IMG/VR virus record: IMGVR_UViG_3300020401_000002
Span: 4,778 to 68,777 of that record
Strand: one strand, 5' to 3'
Length of the DNA: 64,000 nucleotides
DNA from: a virus
This document shows, piece by piece, positions 38,806 to 49,300 of the stretch. Below the pieces are notes generated by a model. It was not told where the DNA came from, ran no database searches, and was given only the letters and a program-made list of their open reading frames with translations. Positions within the stretch are counted from its first letter, which is position 1. Every line of letters begins with the position of its first letter. Position numbers and translations under genes: made by a program.

Positions 38806-39454
38806 TGTAATTATTCCTACTTTATGGAAGACTGACAGAATACATCCATTGTTAAGTCATTTAAATAGATGTGAATGGGTTGGAGAAATTTTGGTTATAG
38901 ATAATGCTAATGAAGCTCCTACCAGACTAAGGGGTGGTCTTGATAAAGCTCGTGCAATATCTCTGCCTGAAAATATATTTGTAAACCCAGCATGGAATCT
39001 AGGTGTTAAAGAAGCTAAATATGAAAATGTTTGTATAGCAAATGATGATATATTTTTTAATGACCTCAGCGTGTTTCCCTGGGTATCATCAAAACTTTCA
39101 CTAGGCATTGTCGGTATGTTTATAGGAAACTTTTATGGTGAAGTTATGCATGATGGAGGTAATGATTTTGTACTAGAAAGAACACCAGAGAATGGCACAC
39201 AAAGAGGTTGGGGTTGGGGTTGCTTGTTTTTTGTAAGAAAAGACATGTATGTACCTATACCTGAAGATTTAAAAATAGCTTGTGGTGATGATTGGCTTAT
39301 ACAAAATGTTAAAGGCGGAGCCTGGTGGATAAAAAATCTAAATTTATATTCAGATGACATATCTATAACTAGCGGTAGAGGTGAGTTCAGACATCAACAA
39401 GCAGACGATGCTAATTTATTTAAATCAAAATATGACAAATACAATATATCCTAA
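38765..39454 (+). CDS. Glycosyltransferase family 2-like
   Basis: FSVIIPT, EILVIDN, AWNLGV..A, ANDD and CGDDW motifs. Confidence 0.8.
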   Translation: MSKSEQKTNLQQFSVIIPTLWKTDRIHPLLSHLNRCEWVGEILVIDNANEAPTRLRGGLDKARAISLPENIFVNPAWNLGVKEAKYENVCIANDDIFFNDLSVFPWVSSKLSLGIVGMFIGNFYGEVMHDGGNDFVLERTPENGTQRGWGWGCLFFVRKDMYVPIPEDLKIACGDDWLIQNVKGGAWWIKNLNLYSDDISITSGRGEFRHQQADDANLFKSKYDKYNIS

Positions 39455-40442
39455 AGTAAACAATGTATTTTTCTACTGGGATGGTGACATTTCTCCAGAA
39501 AGAAAAAAAATATTAGATGATGCTCTATATTCAACAAGATATTTTAATCCAGACAGAGACATATATCTAATCACTAACTCATTAAAACAAGAAGATTTTG
39601 AAGACAGATACAAAATTTTGGTGCATTCTTGGGATGATAATATATATGAGCCTATATTCCATCTTCCTAATATCACTGACTTAAAAAATATATATAACAA
39701 TACACATCCTAGGGAAAGATCTGATTTATTTAGATTACTCTTGTTGTGTCAATTTGGTGGAACTTATGTAGATACTGATGACATAGCTATACAAACTATG
39801 CCAAGTCCACAAAAAGTGGTGAATGCTTTCTGTGCTTCTTATGATCCGCATACAGCACATTACAGTAAAGTAGAGCCAGATGACTGTATTCCTGGCAAGT
39901 ATAGAGAGTATAGAGGATACGATGACATACCAGTATTTCCTAGAAATGATTGTATGATGAATTTTTTACCACACAATCGTATAATAGGTCAAATATTAAA
40001 TGACAAAAGGTTTCACGAGAGAGATAAAGAGGTATATATAGGTGATGAGTTTTCTTTTCAAAGATTAATATTAGAGGCTATAAAAGATAATATAGATCAA
40101 TTAGGCAAAAGTTTTAATCTAACTCTAAACTTATTATATCTTTTTGAAAGTCATGTAGGAGTGGCATCATATTGGGACAGATGTTGGCATGGTGGACCTA
40201 TGTGTGATATATGGGTTTTAGAAAAGGATGACGAAAGATGGTCAAAGTATAAAACCAACAGAAAAGAATCTCTACAAGTGTTATATGATTCCATAAGAAA
40301 GTTTCCTGTTGTCTCATTTATGTGGATGCATGACAAGTGTGGACACCCTGAATGGCAACTTGATAAGCTAGATGATGACAAGGACTACTATATCTCTACC
40401 TGGATCATAGATGCAATACGGTCTCGATACCGTACCTATTAA
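39432..40442 (+). CDS. Glycosyltransferase, GT32 / DxD sugar-binding family
   Basis: FFYW near the N-terminus and ERSDLFRLLLLCQFGGTYVDTD signature; start probably ATG 39432. Confidence 0.8.
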   Translation: MTNTIYPKVNNVFFYWDGDISPERKKILDDALYSTRYFNPDRDIYLITNSLKQEDFEDRYKILVHSWDDNIYEPIFHLPNITDLKNIYNNTHPRERSDLFRLLLLCQFGGTYVDTDDIAIQTMPSPQKVVNAFCASYDPHTAHYSKVEPDDCIPGKYREYRGYDDIPVFPRNDCMMNFLPHNRIIGQILNDKRFHERDKEVYIGDEFSFQRLILEAIKDNIDQLGKSFNLTLNLLYLFESHVGVASYWDRCWHGGPMCDIWVLEKDDERWSKYKTNRKESLQVLYDSIRKFPVVSFMWMHDKCGHPEWQLDKLDDDKDYYISTWIIDAIRSRYRTY

Positions 40443-40455
40443 ATTAGTATCTTTG
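40442..40455 (+). promoter_or_regulatory. TAnnTTTG promoter 5 nt before ATG
   Basis: AATTAGTATCTTTG, identical to 603-616. Confidence 0.7.
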
Positions 40456-40460
40456 CACTA

Positions 40461-40871
40461 ATGGAATTCAATGTAAGAAAATTAAACATTGATGACTATG
40501 ATAAACACCTAGTCAAGTGGTGGAAAGCCTGGGGATGGAAACCTATACCTAGAGACTTTTTACCAGAAGATGCAACTAGTGGGTTGATGGTCACAAAAGG
40601 AGATCAAAACATATGTGCTGGGTTTTTGTATTTAACAAATTCTAAAGTAGCTCTTACAGAGTTTGTAATATCAAATAAACAGTATAAAGAAAAAGATAGG
40701 AAAGAGGCTATTGAATTGCTAATAGATTGTATTATAGAACTAGCCGATAAAAATGGGTATAAGTACGCTCATGTTATATTGAAGAACGAAAGTTTGTTAA
40801 ATAAATACCTGGATGCAGGATATGTTTTATCTGATAGAAAGGTAACAGAAATGATAAAAGTATGGCAATAG
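40461..40871 (+). CDS. GNAT-fold acetyltransferase-like protein
   Basis: VRKL...DY, ICAGFLY, acetyl-CoA-loop-like segment and Y...GY; position before internal virion proteins is typical of podoviruses. Confidence 0.6.
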   Translation: MEFNVRKLNIDDYDKHLVKWWKAWGWKPIPRDFLPEDATSGLMVTKGDQNICAGFLYLTNSKVALTEFVISNKQYKEKDRKEAIELLIDCIIELADKNGYKYAHVILKNESLLNKYLDAGYVLSDRKVTEMIKVWQ

Positions 40872-41635
40872 CAACAGCAACAGCAATAGGTCTAGGCATC
40901 AGTGCAGCAGGAGCTGCAGCAAACGCTATATCAGGTGCATCTAGAGCTAGAAAAGCAAAAAAAGCATTAGAAAATTATAAACGCCAGGAGTTAACTAACG
41001 TAGCAAAAGACCTCCGTGTATCTACCCTTGGTGCTGAAATGAAAACATTAGCAGCACAACGACAAGCTTCAAGCACTATACAAGCACTTCGTTCTGGAGG
41101 TGTTCGTGGAGTCGTAGGAGGAGCTCGTGATTTAACTTCTGGTCAACAAGCACTTCAACAAAACATAGCTGCTGATTTAGATAGACAACAAATGGGCATA
41201 CAACAAATGCAAATGCAGGAAGAGCAGAACATTAGAAGTATGCAAGAGAAGAGAGAAACTCAAGACATAGCAGGACTTGGTGCAGAAATGGCTGCAGGTA
41301 GAGCTCAGGTACAAGAAGGTATAACAGGACTTGCAGGAGCAGCAGCAGGTGCAGCTCAGGCTATTCCAGATGCAAAACCAGTAATAGAGGGTGCAGCAGC
41401 TAAACAATTAGCTGGAACAAACTTTTTAGCAGGTGCTGGAGCGTTTGATACTTTTGGAGCGGACATTGTAAAACAGTCGCAAGGTGCTTTACATAGTGCC
41501 TCTCAGTCTTTGACAGGTGGAAGTGGGTTTGGTCAGTTTACTGGAGCACCAGCTCCTACTTTAAATACTGGTCAATCATCATATTCTGGGTTTGGTGTAA
41601 ACCCTAATTTTAGAAACGCATTATCAGGAGGTTAA
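40862..41635 (+). CDS. Internal virion (ejection) protein 1
   Basis: Ala/Gly-rich hydrophobic N-terminus and Gln-rich coiled coil. Confidence 0.65.
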   Translation: MAIATATAIGLGISAAGAAANAISGASRARKAKKALENYKRQELTNVAKDLRVSTLGAEMKTLAAQRQASSTIQALRSGGVRGVVGGARDLTSGQQALQQNIAADLDRQQMGIQQMQMQEEQNIRSMQEKRETQDIAGLGAEMAAGRAQVQEGITGLAGAAAGAAQAIPDAKPVIEGAAAKQLAGTNFLAGAGAFDTFGADIVKQSQGALHSASQSLTGGSGFGQFTGAPAPTLNTGQSSYSGFGVNPNFRNALSGG

Positions 41636-41636
41636 T

Positions 41637-43325
41637 ATGGCAAAAGGAGCATTAGCAGCAGGATACGCAGCACAAGGTGCTGGAGGTGCTAGATCTAGAG
41701 GAGCTGGTATGACTGGCTTGGCTCAGATTGGTTTATCAATAGGAGCTGCTGCAGAAAGAAGAAACATAAGAGAGCAAGAAGCTCAAAAAGAATTCACTGA
41801 AAAACGTGAAGCCTTTAGAAAAGAACAGCAAGAACTTTATGATGGAATTGCATATGAAGATCAGTTTGAAGATACTGGTATTACAGATCTTGACGAAGCT
41901 GGTCAGAAGTTTGCTGATACGTTGAGGTCTGAGTATGAAATGAATAATCAGATGTATGAGATGGGTTACATAGATGAAGCTCAACTCAGAAAGAGAAACG
42001 CCAGGATGAAAGGGCAAGTAAAACATCTGAAAGATGGATTGTATGGTAAAATGACCGCTTTCAAAGAAAACTTTGATAAGCTACAAGCTGAAGGAAAAGA
42101 ATCAGAAGCTGATTCACTAAAGATGCAGATGATGGAGGAAATGACTAAAAACATTTCCTTCGGTGTAGATGGTAATGGAAATGTAGAATTAAGAACTCCA
42201 GGGACTGGTGATGTTGCTATTGGTCCAGATGGTAAAGTTGATCCAACAAAAGCTACAAGAATTCCTCTAAGTAAGTTTAATGATCTTTTAACTAACGAGA
42301 ATGGTGTTCAGTTAAATGATTTAACAGATAGAATAACAGGTCTAGAAGGTGCTGGAGATATATATCAGGTAGGTAGTAGAGAGTACACTAGATATACTGG
42401 CTTTGCAAAAGAAGGAGGAAGACAGCTAACAGATCAACAGAGTGCATTGATGGATACTGCCATAGCAGGACTATCACAAACAGAAAAAATAGATGCACTA
42501 TCTAGATTAGGAGGTGTATTTACTGATGAAGAAGAATATAATAAACTTACAGCAGAAGAAAAGAAAGATGCACTGTTTATAGATCCTAAGAATGTTATGG
42601 GATACGGTGTTGAGATGGAGAGAGAAATAAATGAGAAACTCAAATTAGGATTGAACAATAAACTAATGAATGAGCTCGTTGCTAAAGAATCATCTAAACC
42701 TTTCCAAGATCCTATCGAAAGAGCAAAAGCAGTAAGCGATGCAACAAAAGAACCTCTTACTTACGAAAGAGTAATTATGAATAGAGATAAAACTGCACCA
42801 GTTAGATCTGATGGATTCAATGATACTTTACAAATAGGTCCAAACAAAGGTAAAAACTTAACAATGAGTTCTTTAGCTATTGGGGACAAAGAAGCAGATA
42901 ATATATTTAAAAGATCTATATTCCAGGGTGCTGATGGTTCAGAGTTACCAGGTATAGACAACTTAACTTCTGCACAAAGGATTGATGCAATTAAGAATGC
43001 AAAATTTGTAAACGCAGAAATGCCTTGGAACTCTAAGAAAAAAACAAGAGGAAATTATAAAGAAGCAACCTTCACACTTGAGATACAGGTTCCTGATATG
43101 TCAGGTCCCACAAACAATGGTGATCTAGTAGCACTGTATGCTGGTGAGCCATCAAAAGTTCCTATGAAAACTGTACAAATAAAATATTCTCCTGCTGGAT
43201 ATGCAGAATACAATAACTTTATGTCTCTTACAGGAAGAGATGATCTAATGGTTGGAACTACTAGAGAAGGTGCAAAAGAAATTGCAGAGCGAAATCAAAG
43301 AGGTGCAGGATTTAATAATGACTAA
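41637..43325 (+). CDS. Internal virion (ejection) protein 2
   Basis: 562 aa, Gly/Ala N-terminus then charged helices; second of three increasing-size genes. Confidence 0.6.
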   Translation: MAKGALAAGYAAQGAGGARSRGAGMTGLAQIGLSIGAAAERRNIREQEAQKEFTEKREAFRKEQQELYDGIAYEDQFEDTGITDLDEAGQKFADTLRSEYEMNNQMYEMGYIDEAQLRKRNARMKGQVKHLKDGLYGKMTAFKENFDKLQAEGKESEADSLKMQMMEEMTKNISFGVDGNGNVELRTPGTGDVAIGPDGKVDPTKATRIPLSKFNDLLTNENGVQLNDLTDRITGLEGAGDIYQVGSREYTRYTGFAKEGGRQLTDQQSALMDTAIAGLSQTEKIDALSRLGGVFTDEEEYNKLTAEEKKDALFIDPKNVMGYGVEMEREINEKLKLGLNNKLMNELVAKESSKPFQDPIERAKAVSDATKEPLTYERVIMNRDKTAPVRSDGFNDTLQIGPNKGKNLTMSSLAIGDKEADNIFKRSIFQGADGSELPGIDNLTSAQRIDAIKNAKFVNAEMPWNSKKKTRGNYKEATFTLEIQVPDMSGPTNNGDLVALYAGEPSKVPMKTVQIKYSPAGYAEYNNFMSLTGRDDLMVGTTREGAKEIAERNQRGAGFNND

Positions 43326-43327
43326 AA

Positions 43328-46300
43328 ATGGAAGAAGAAGAAGTTATTGATGGTGCTGTACAAGGACCAGATACTGAGCAAAAAGCTCAACAAAGGTCTG
43401 AGTCTCAAGAAGCACTAGATAGAGATGCTGAGATAAAAGAAAGACAAGCTCAGTTAGACAGGGTAAAGGCAGGATCAAGGACGTTCCAGGCTTTACAAAC
43501 TTCTTATGCCATGTTCCAGGAAGAAGGATACAATGGTGGCTTCGAAGAGTATTTTGAATTACTATGTAAAAACCCTGATGCATTACAAACTGCATTCACT
43601 ATGTTCCAGGAAGAAGGATATAATGGTGATTTCGATGGTTTTAAAAAGTTAGTTGGAGTTGAGGAGGTTCAAAAAAAAAATCCTGGCGACACCTCAGATT
43701 CAGATTCTTCAGTTACATCTGTAGATTCTCCTACAGATCCAAACATTCAAAGTAAGATAAGTGACGACAATCAAAAGTCACTAAACGCAGGTACATTTAC
43801 TTCATTCAAAGAGCTGTGGGAAAACATGCCTACTGCTGAGGAATATTATTCAGATTCTGTAAGACCAGAAATCACACAGTTAGAACCCATGCCTGATAAA
43901 AAAGATAAATCTTTTATTCAGAGTGTAGTAAACAGATTAAACCTACCAGGTTTTGGTAAAGAAACTGAGTCTTTTGTTACTTTAAAAGACAGAGGTATTT
44001 CAAAAGATGAGATGGAAAGGCGAGAAAAAAGGAAAGCAGACTTTGAAGCTTATCAAAAGGGAGAAAAAGAATTAGACTTCATGACTAACCTGTCTAATAA
44101 CCTTACACAACAAATGGGTTATTTAGCTGGTACAGATGACAGACATAAGTTTGCATATGCTGTAATGTATCAAGATTTAGATGCACTACAAGCTTCTGCA
44201 TTAGAGTTAGATAGAATAGAAAATTACGCAAAGCCAGTATACACTCCTGAAGATTTTTTTAAAGACGATGAAAAAAGCATTGGTAAGTTTGGTCAAGCTG
44301 TAACAACTGGCTTATCAGGATTTTTAGGAAGTGCTGTTATAGGAGGATTGTCATTTGGGTATGGGTTATATACTGATTTTGCAGCATCACAAATATATAA
44401 TTACAACAGGAGAGAGGCAGAAGCTAAAGGTATAAGTTTAGAAGAGCAAATCACTAATGGTGATACAGACATATTAGTTCCTGCAACTATAGGTATTCTT
44501 CAGGGAGTATTAGAAAAGTTTCAGTTAAATCGTATTTCAAGAGGCATCAATGCAGTTGGGAACAAGGCTATGAAAAGAGTAATTAACTTTTTTGCTGGTG
44601 TTGGTAAGAACGGTGCTGAAGAATTTGGACAAGAATCTTTAGAGATTGTATCAGAACATATAGCTGATGCTGATGCAAAAGATGACTTCAGCGATGTTGA
44701 GTTAGATGACATGGGCAAAAGCATAGCTAAAGAAATGTTTAGCTGGAGAACAGCAAATGCCTTTTTACTTGGTGCGTTTGGTTCTGGAGCTGCAACAATA
44801 AGTGGTTCGGCTGCTAAGTCAGCATTTACTATGCTTAAAACTAAAGAGCAAGAAGATCAAGATGAAAAAAATGTAGAAAAATTAGCTGACATAGAAAGAA
44901 TCAGGTCTACAAAAAAACTTAATAAAGATGAGAAGGCAGCATTAAAAATAGCAGAAGAAAGAGTAAAGGCAGAGTTAAAAAGAAATCAGGAGCTCGTGTC
45001 TGATAAAGTTATGCAGATGACTGATGCTGAATTAGAACAGACACAACGACTGTATCACAAAGACAAAGACTTAAACTCTAGGATTGAGGGTGTACAGAAC
45101 TCAAAAACATTTAGTGAGGAAGAAAAGAAAACCTACATAGATGAACTGTTAGTAGAAAAAAAGAAGATAGCAGATGAAATAACGCAAATAGAAGATGCTA
45201 TCAAAACAAGAGAACCTCAAAATGCACAGGTCGTAGCTGCTCCTTACTTTGATTTAGAAGTAAACAATGCAACTGAAGCATCTAGAGTTAGATCATCAAA
45301 AAATTATCAAGAAAATATAGCTAGACTTACAAGTTTAGCAACCGACATGGGTATCAGAGTCGAGGTTGTAGATAAAACTATAGGCGGATACGAGCATGAA
45401 GGTAGGGGTGCAGTTCAGGAAGTTTCTACAGTATTCAATGTAATGAGTACAGACATGGATAAAATTGCAGACTTCGCTGCTATAGCTGCAACACAAACTG
45501 CTGCTGTCCAGGATGCTACTATTGCTGCTAGATATACGGAAGAAGGTGCTGAAGGACACAACGCAGATGAATGGACTATTAAAGTTGACGATGTAGATGC
45601 TACATTAGAAGCTTTAAAAGAAGTTGGTATCACTGAATTTACACTAAACGAGGATCAAGGAACAGTATCCTTCCTCGATTTACATAAGTTCCCAGATGCA
45701 GAATTAGATAGTAAAACAGATAAATTAATAGATGTACTAAATAGTAAAGGAGTAAGTTATGAAGGCAAAACAAAAACCGCAGTCGAGAGCAGATATATTG
45801 ACCGCAAGGAAAGAAAACAAATTCTACAAGCTATTCGACAACGTCTCGCCCAACAAGGACAAACTGGGACAGGGCTTTATCGTCAGGTCGAAGATGCGTT
45901 AACTAAAAACGAAATATTCTTAGAGAAAAGATTTCCTGAAGAAAGTAATATTAGATCTACAGCAGATAAAAAGAAATATAAGTTTGCACAAACTGATGAT
46001 CCAAAAACATTAGCAGAGCTTAAAGATCGTACTTTAGATCCTCGTAAAAGAGATTTGATAGAACAAGCAGAAAAAGCAGCTAAAGCTTTTGAAACTGTAG
46101 CACCTGATGCTGTCATCAGATTACATGAAACAAAACAATCTTATGCTGCTTCAGTAGGAGGTAGAGCAGGTAGAACTAGTATGGGTGCATACAATAGAAA
46201 AACTAATATAATACATATTAGTCTTAAAGATGCAGATCCTAGTACGGTAGGTCATGAGGTTTTCCACTTACTATTAAGACGTAAGTTTTCTGATGACAAA

Positions 46301-49300
46301 CAAATACAAGCTGCCACTAAAGAATTATTTGATACTTTAAAAGAACAAGTAGGTGGTAAAACTAAAGAAGCAATAGAGCAACTCGTCTCTAATTATAAGG
46401 AAAACCAGAAAGACGAAGAAAGAATTGTAGAGTTGTTTGGTCTTATGTCTTCAAATCAAACAGACATTCCTAAAACATCAGTACAAGCAATTAAGTTATG
46501 GGTAAATAAAGTAGCTAAATTATTAGGTATAGGTAAACTATTTACAGGTAGAGATGTAGGTAGAGCTGAACAAATAGATATATTTAAAAGACTTGCTACT
46601 AAAGTTGCTACAGCAGAACAGCTTACTGATGTGGATATACATTCTATATCAGAAGCTCAGGATCAAACAGAAGTAAACTCAGAGGATATTGTTAGACCTA
46701 AAATAATAGACGATGACGATACTATAGCAAAAAGAACTGTAGGTCCATTTGACATACAATATTTTAATGAGACAGAAAGGTTCCAAAAACTTATAGATGA
46801 AGGTAGATTGATCACTCATGTAGATTCTTCTTTTATTCCAGAGGGTGCACAAGTTGTAGTCCACTCGCCTGATAACATGTTTGTAGGTGATATATATCAC
46901 AGAGGTGAAAAGATTATTAATGGTGAGGGTGGTTTATTTTATACACTTAACACAGATAATGTATGGGCATCAACAGAACAAAATTTAACTTCTTTAGTAA
47001 ACACAATCAACAAAGCTGTAAAGGCATCACCTGATGGAAAAGCATTCATGATGCTAGTTGGAGGTAGTAATAGTAAAATGTTAGGGAATATAACTGCATC
47101 ATCTGCAGCACTACAGGTCCTTAACAAGATGCCAGAAAAAAATATATTCGCCAGAGGTGATCTAAGAAAGATATTGGCAGACGTTGGTAAGGAACGTGGT
47201 ATAGATATTCCTCCAAAGTTTAGTGTTGAAAGAATGATTCAGCATATTGATAAAACATTCTTAGCTACAGAGAAACCTTCTTTTGATGAACGTAGAAGTT
47301 TTATACAGGATATAGTTAAGAGAATTGGTGAGTTAGAAGGAGTCAAAAACGACAAGGTCGCTAATCAAAAGTTCAGAGAGTTCTTTGGTATGAGTGATAT
47401 GTCAAAATTATCGAAGACAGGATTTACAAATAACCTTGCTAATCTTTTAACTGAACCTTTACTCCAGGGATTACCTAGTGGTCACGCTTATGCTGCCATA
47501 GAAATAAATGGTCCTGTTGAGGGATTTGTAGAAAGATCACACAGAGCTTATGCAGGAGCTGTTAAGCAAAAAGAAGGTGTTCCAACACTACACTTGTTTG
47601 ATAAAAGACAAAATATAGATGAGTTAGTTGATACTGTGGATGGTTTATCTAAGGATGCAGAAACTAAACCAGGAGAATTTAGAGGAAAGATAGGTTTAGC
47701 TCAAGCAGGTTTAGGAATAGGCGTAATAAAACAAAGCATTGATGAAGCTGTTAGTGCTAAGATGACACCAGAAGAAGGTAAACGAGCTGATAGATCTGAT
47801 AAAGGATGGAAGGAAGTTACTGAAGAGGGGAAAAGATTGTTGTCTCCTCCTAAAAGAAGTTTAAAACAGCGTTTTAAAGAAGGTATAAATAATTTCATGA
47901 CGAACTGGATGGATAGACAGTTTGATGTAAAAAAGAAATTATTAAAAACAAAAGATGCTACAGCTAAAGAAGTATATAATCGTCTTATAACTGCTGCTGG
48001 TGCTAGTGCTAGTGCTAAAAATGTGTTCAGACAATTCGATAAGTTGATATATGGTAAGCTTAGTGAAAAGAATAAAGAAGCATTAGACCGTATTATAGCA
48101 GAGAGAAGACTTATAGCTATAGAAGAAAACATAAGTAAAAGGAAAAAGAATTTAAAGAATGCAAAAAATTTAACAGAAGGGTATAAAAGAGGAAGACAAG
48201 GACTTACTGCTGACGATGCTAGAGCTGCATTAAAAAGAATGAGAGAGCAATTAGGTGAAGATACATACAACGATCTAAATAATAGAGCTGATGTATACTT
48301 CCAAGCAATGTCTGATCAGCTTAAAAGATTATATGAAGGAGGTAGGATAACTGAGAAGATGTATTTAAATCTTCGTGACATTGAGTATTCACCTATACGA
48401 ACTATCAAGTTCATGTTGCAAGAAAACCAAGACTTGTATAGCCAAGACAGTATAGATGCACAAGCAGAAAAGTATGGAATGACTGCAGAAGATATAAAAG
48501 CTTTGACTGAAGCAAATGAGGATGCATATGTTCAGGACAGTAGATGGCTTTTAAGAACTCAGATTGCAGTAACAGAAAAAAAATTCTTCCAAAACAGTTT
48601 ATTGAATCAGGTAGGTAAACTTGTTGACGAAGGAAAAGCAGAAGGTTTAGGAATTACAAGATTAGTTCCAGGTATGCCAGGAAATCCTGTAAGCAACAAA
48701 GCATTCTTATCTAAAAAAGGTTTAGCTGAAGTTAAATACAAAGTAGATGGAGAAGATGCTACTTTATATATGCCTGTAGATATGGCTCGACAGATATTAG
48801 ATATAGATCCTGAGCCTAATGTGACAGCTAGATACAGGAAAGCTGGTAAATTTACTGGATCAAATCTACTTAGATTCCAGGCAACTGGAGGTAACCTTAC
48901 ATTCTTTGTAAGAAACGTGCCAATGGATTATTTAAACGTGTTATTCTTTACAGATGCGTATGGTAAATTTAAATTATTGTCTGGTGCTCAACTTGCTATC
49001 GATGGTATAGTAAATGCAACTAAGGCTACCTTAAGAACAAAAGGATTTAAAGAAAATTACAATGAGTTTTTAAAGTATGGAGGTGGTCTAGACTTTCTAG
49101 GTGTAGATGGTATTGCTAAAATAGAGGAAGCAAAAATTGTAAGAGGTTTAAAAACTGCACAGCAAAAAGCAGGTTATTATTTTGTCAAAGGATTGTCTCA
49201 CTTCAATGAAATAGCCGAGCTTACATTTAGGTTATCTGTATACAACAAAACAAAAAACGACCTTATAAGTGAATATAAGAAAGCTAATGATGGAGGTACA

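Noticed and set aside
43600-43650. GDFDG read as an RNA polymerase catalytic motif
   Set aside because: It lies in a short duplicated N-terminal repeat (YNGGFEEY / YNGDFDGF), not in a DxDxD polymerase context.
47701-48270. 189 aa antisense ORF inside the giant gene
   Set aside because: Phe/Leu/Ser-rich mirror of a Lys/Glu/Arg-rich sense frame.
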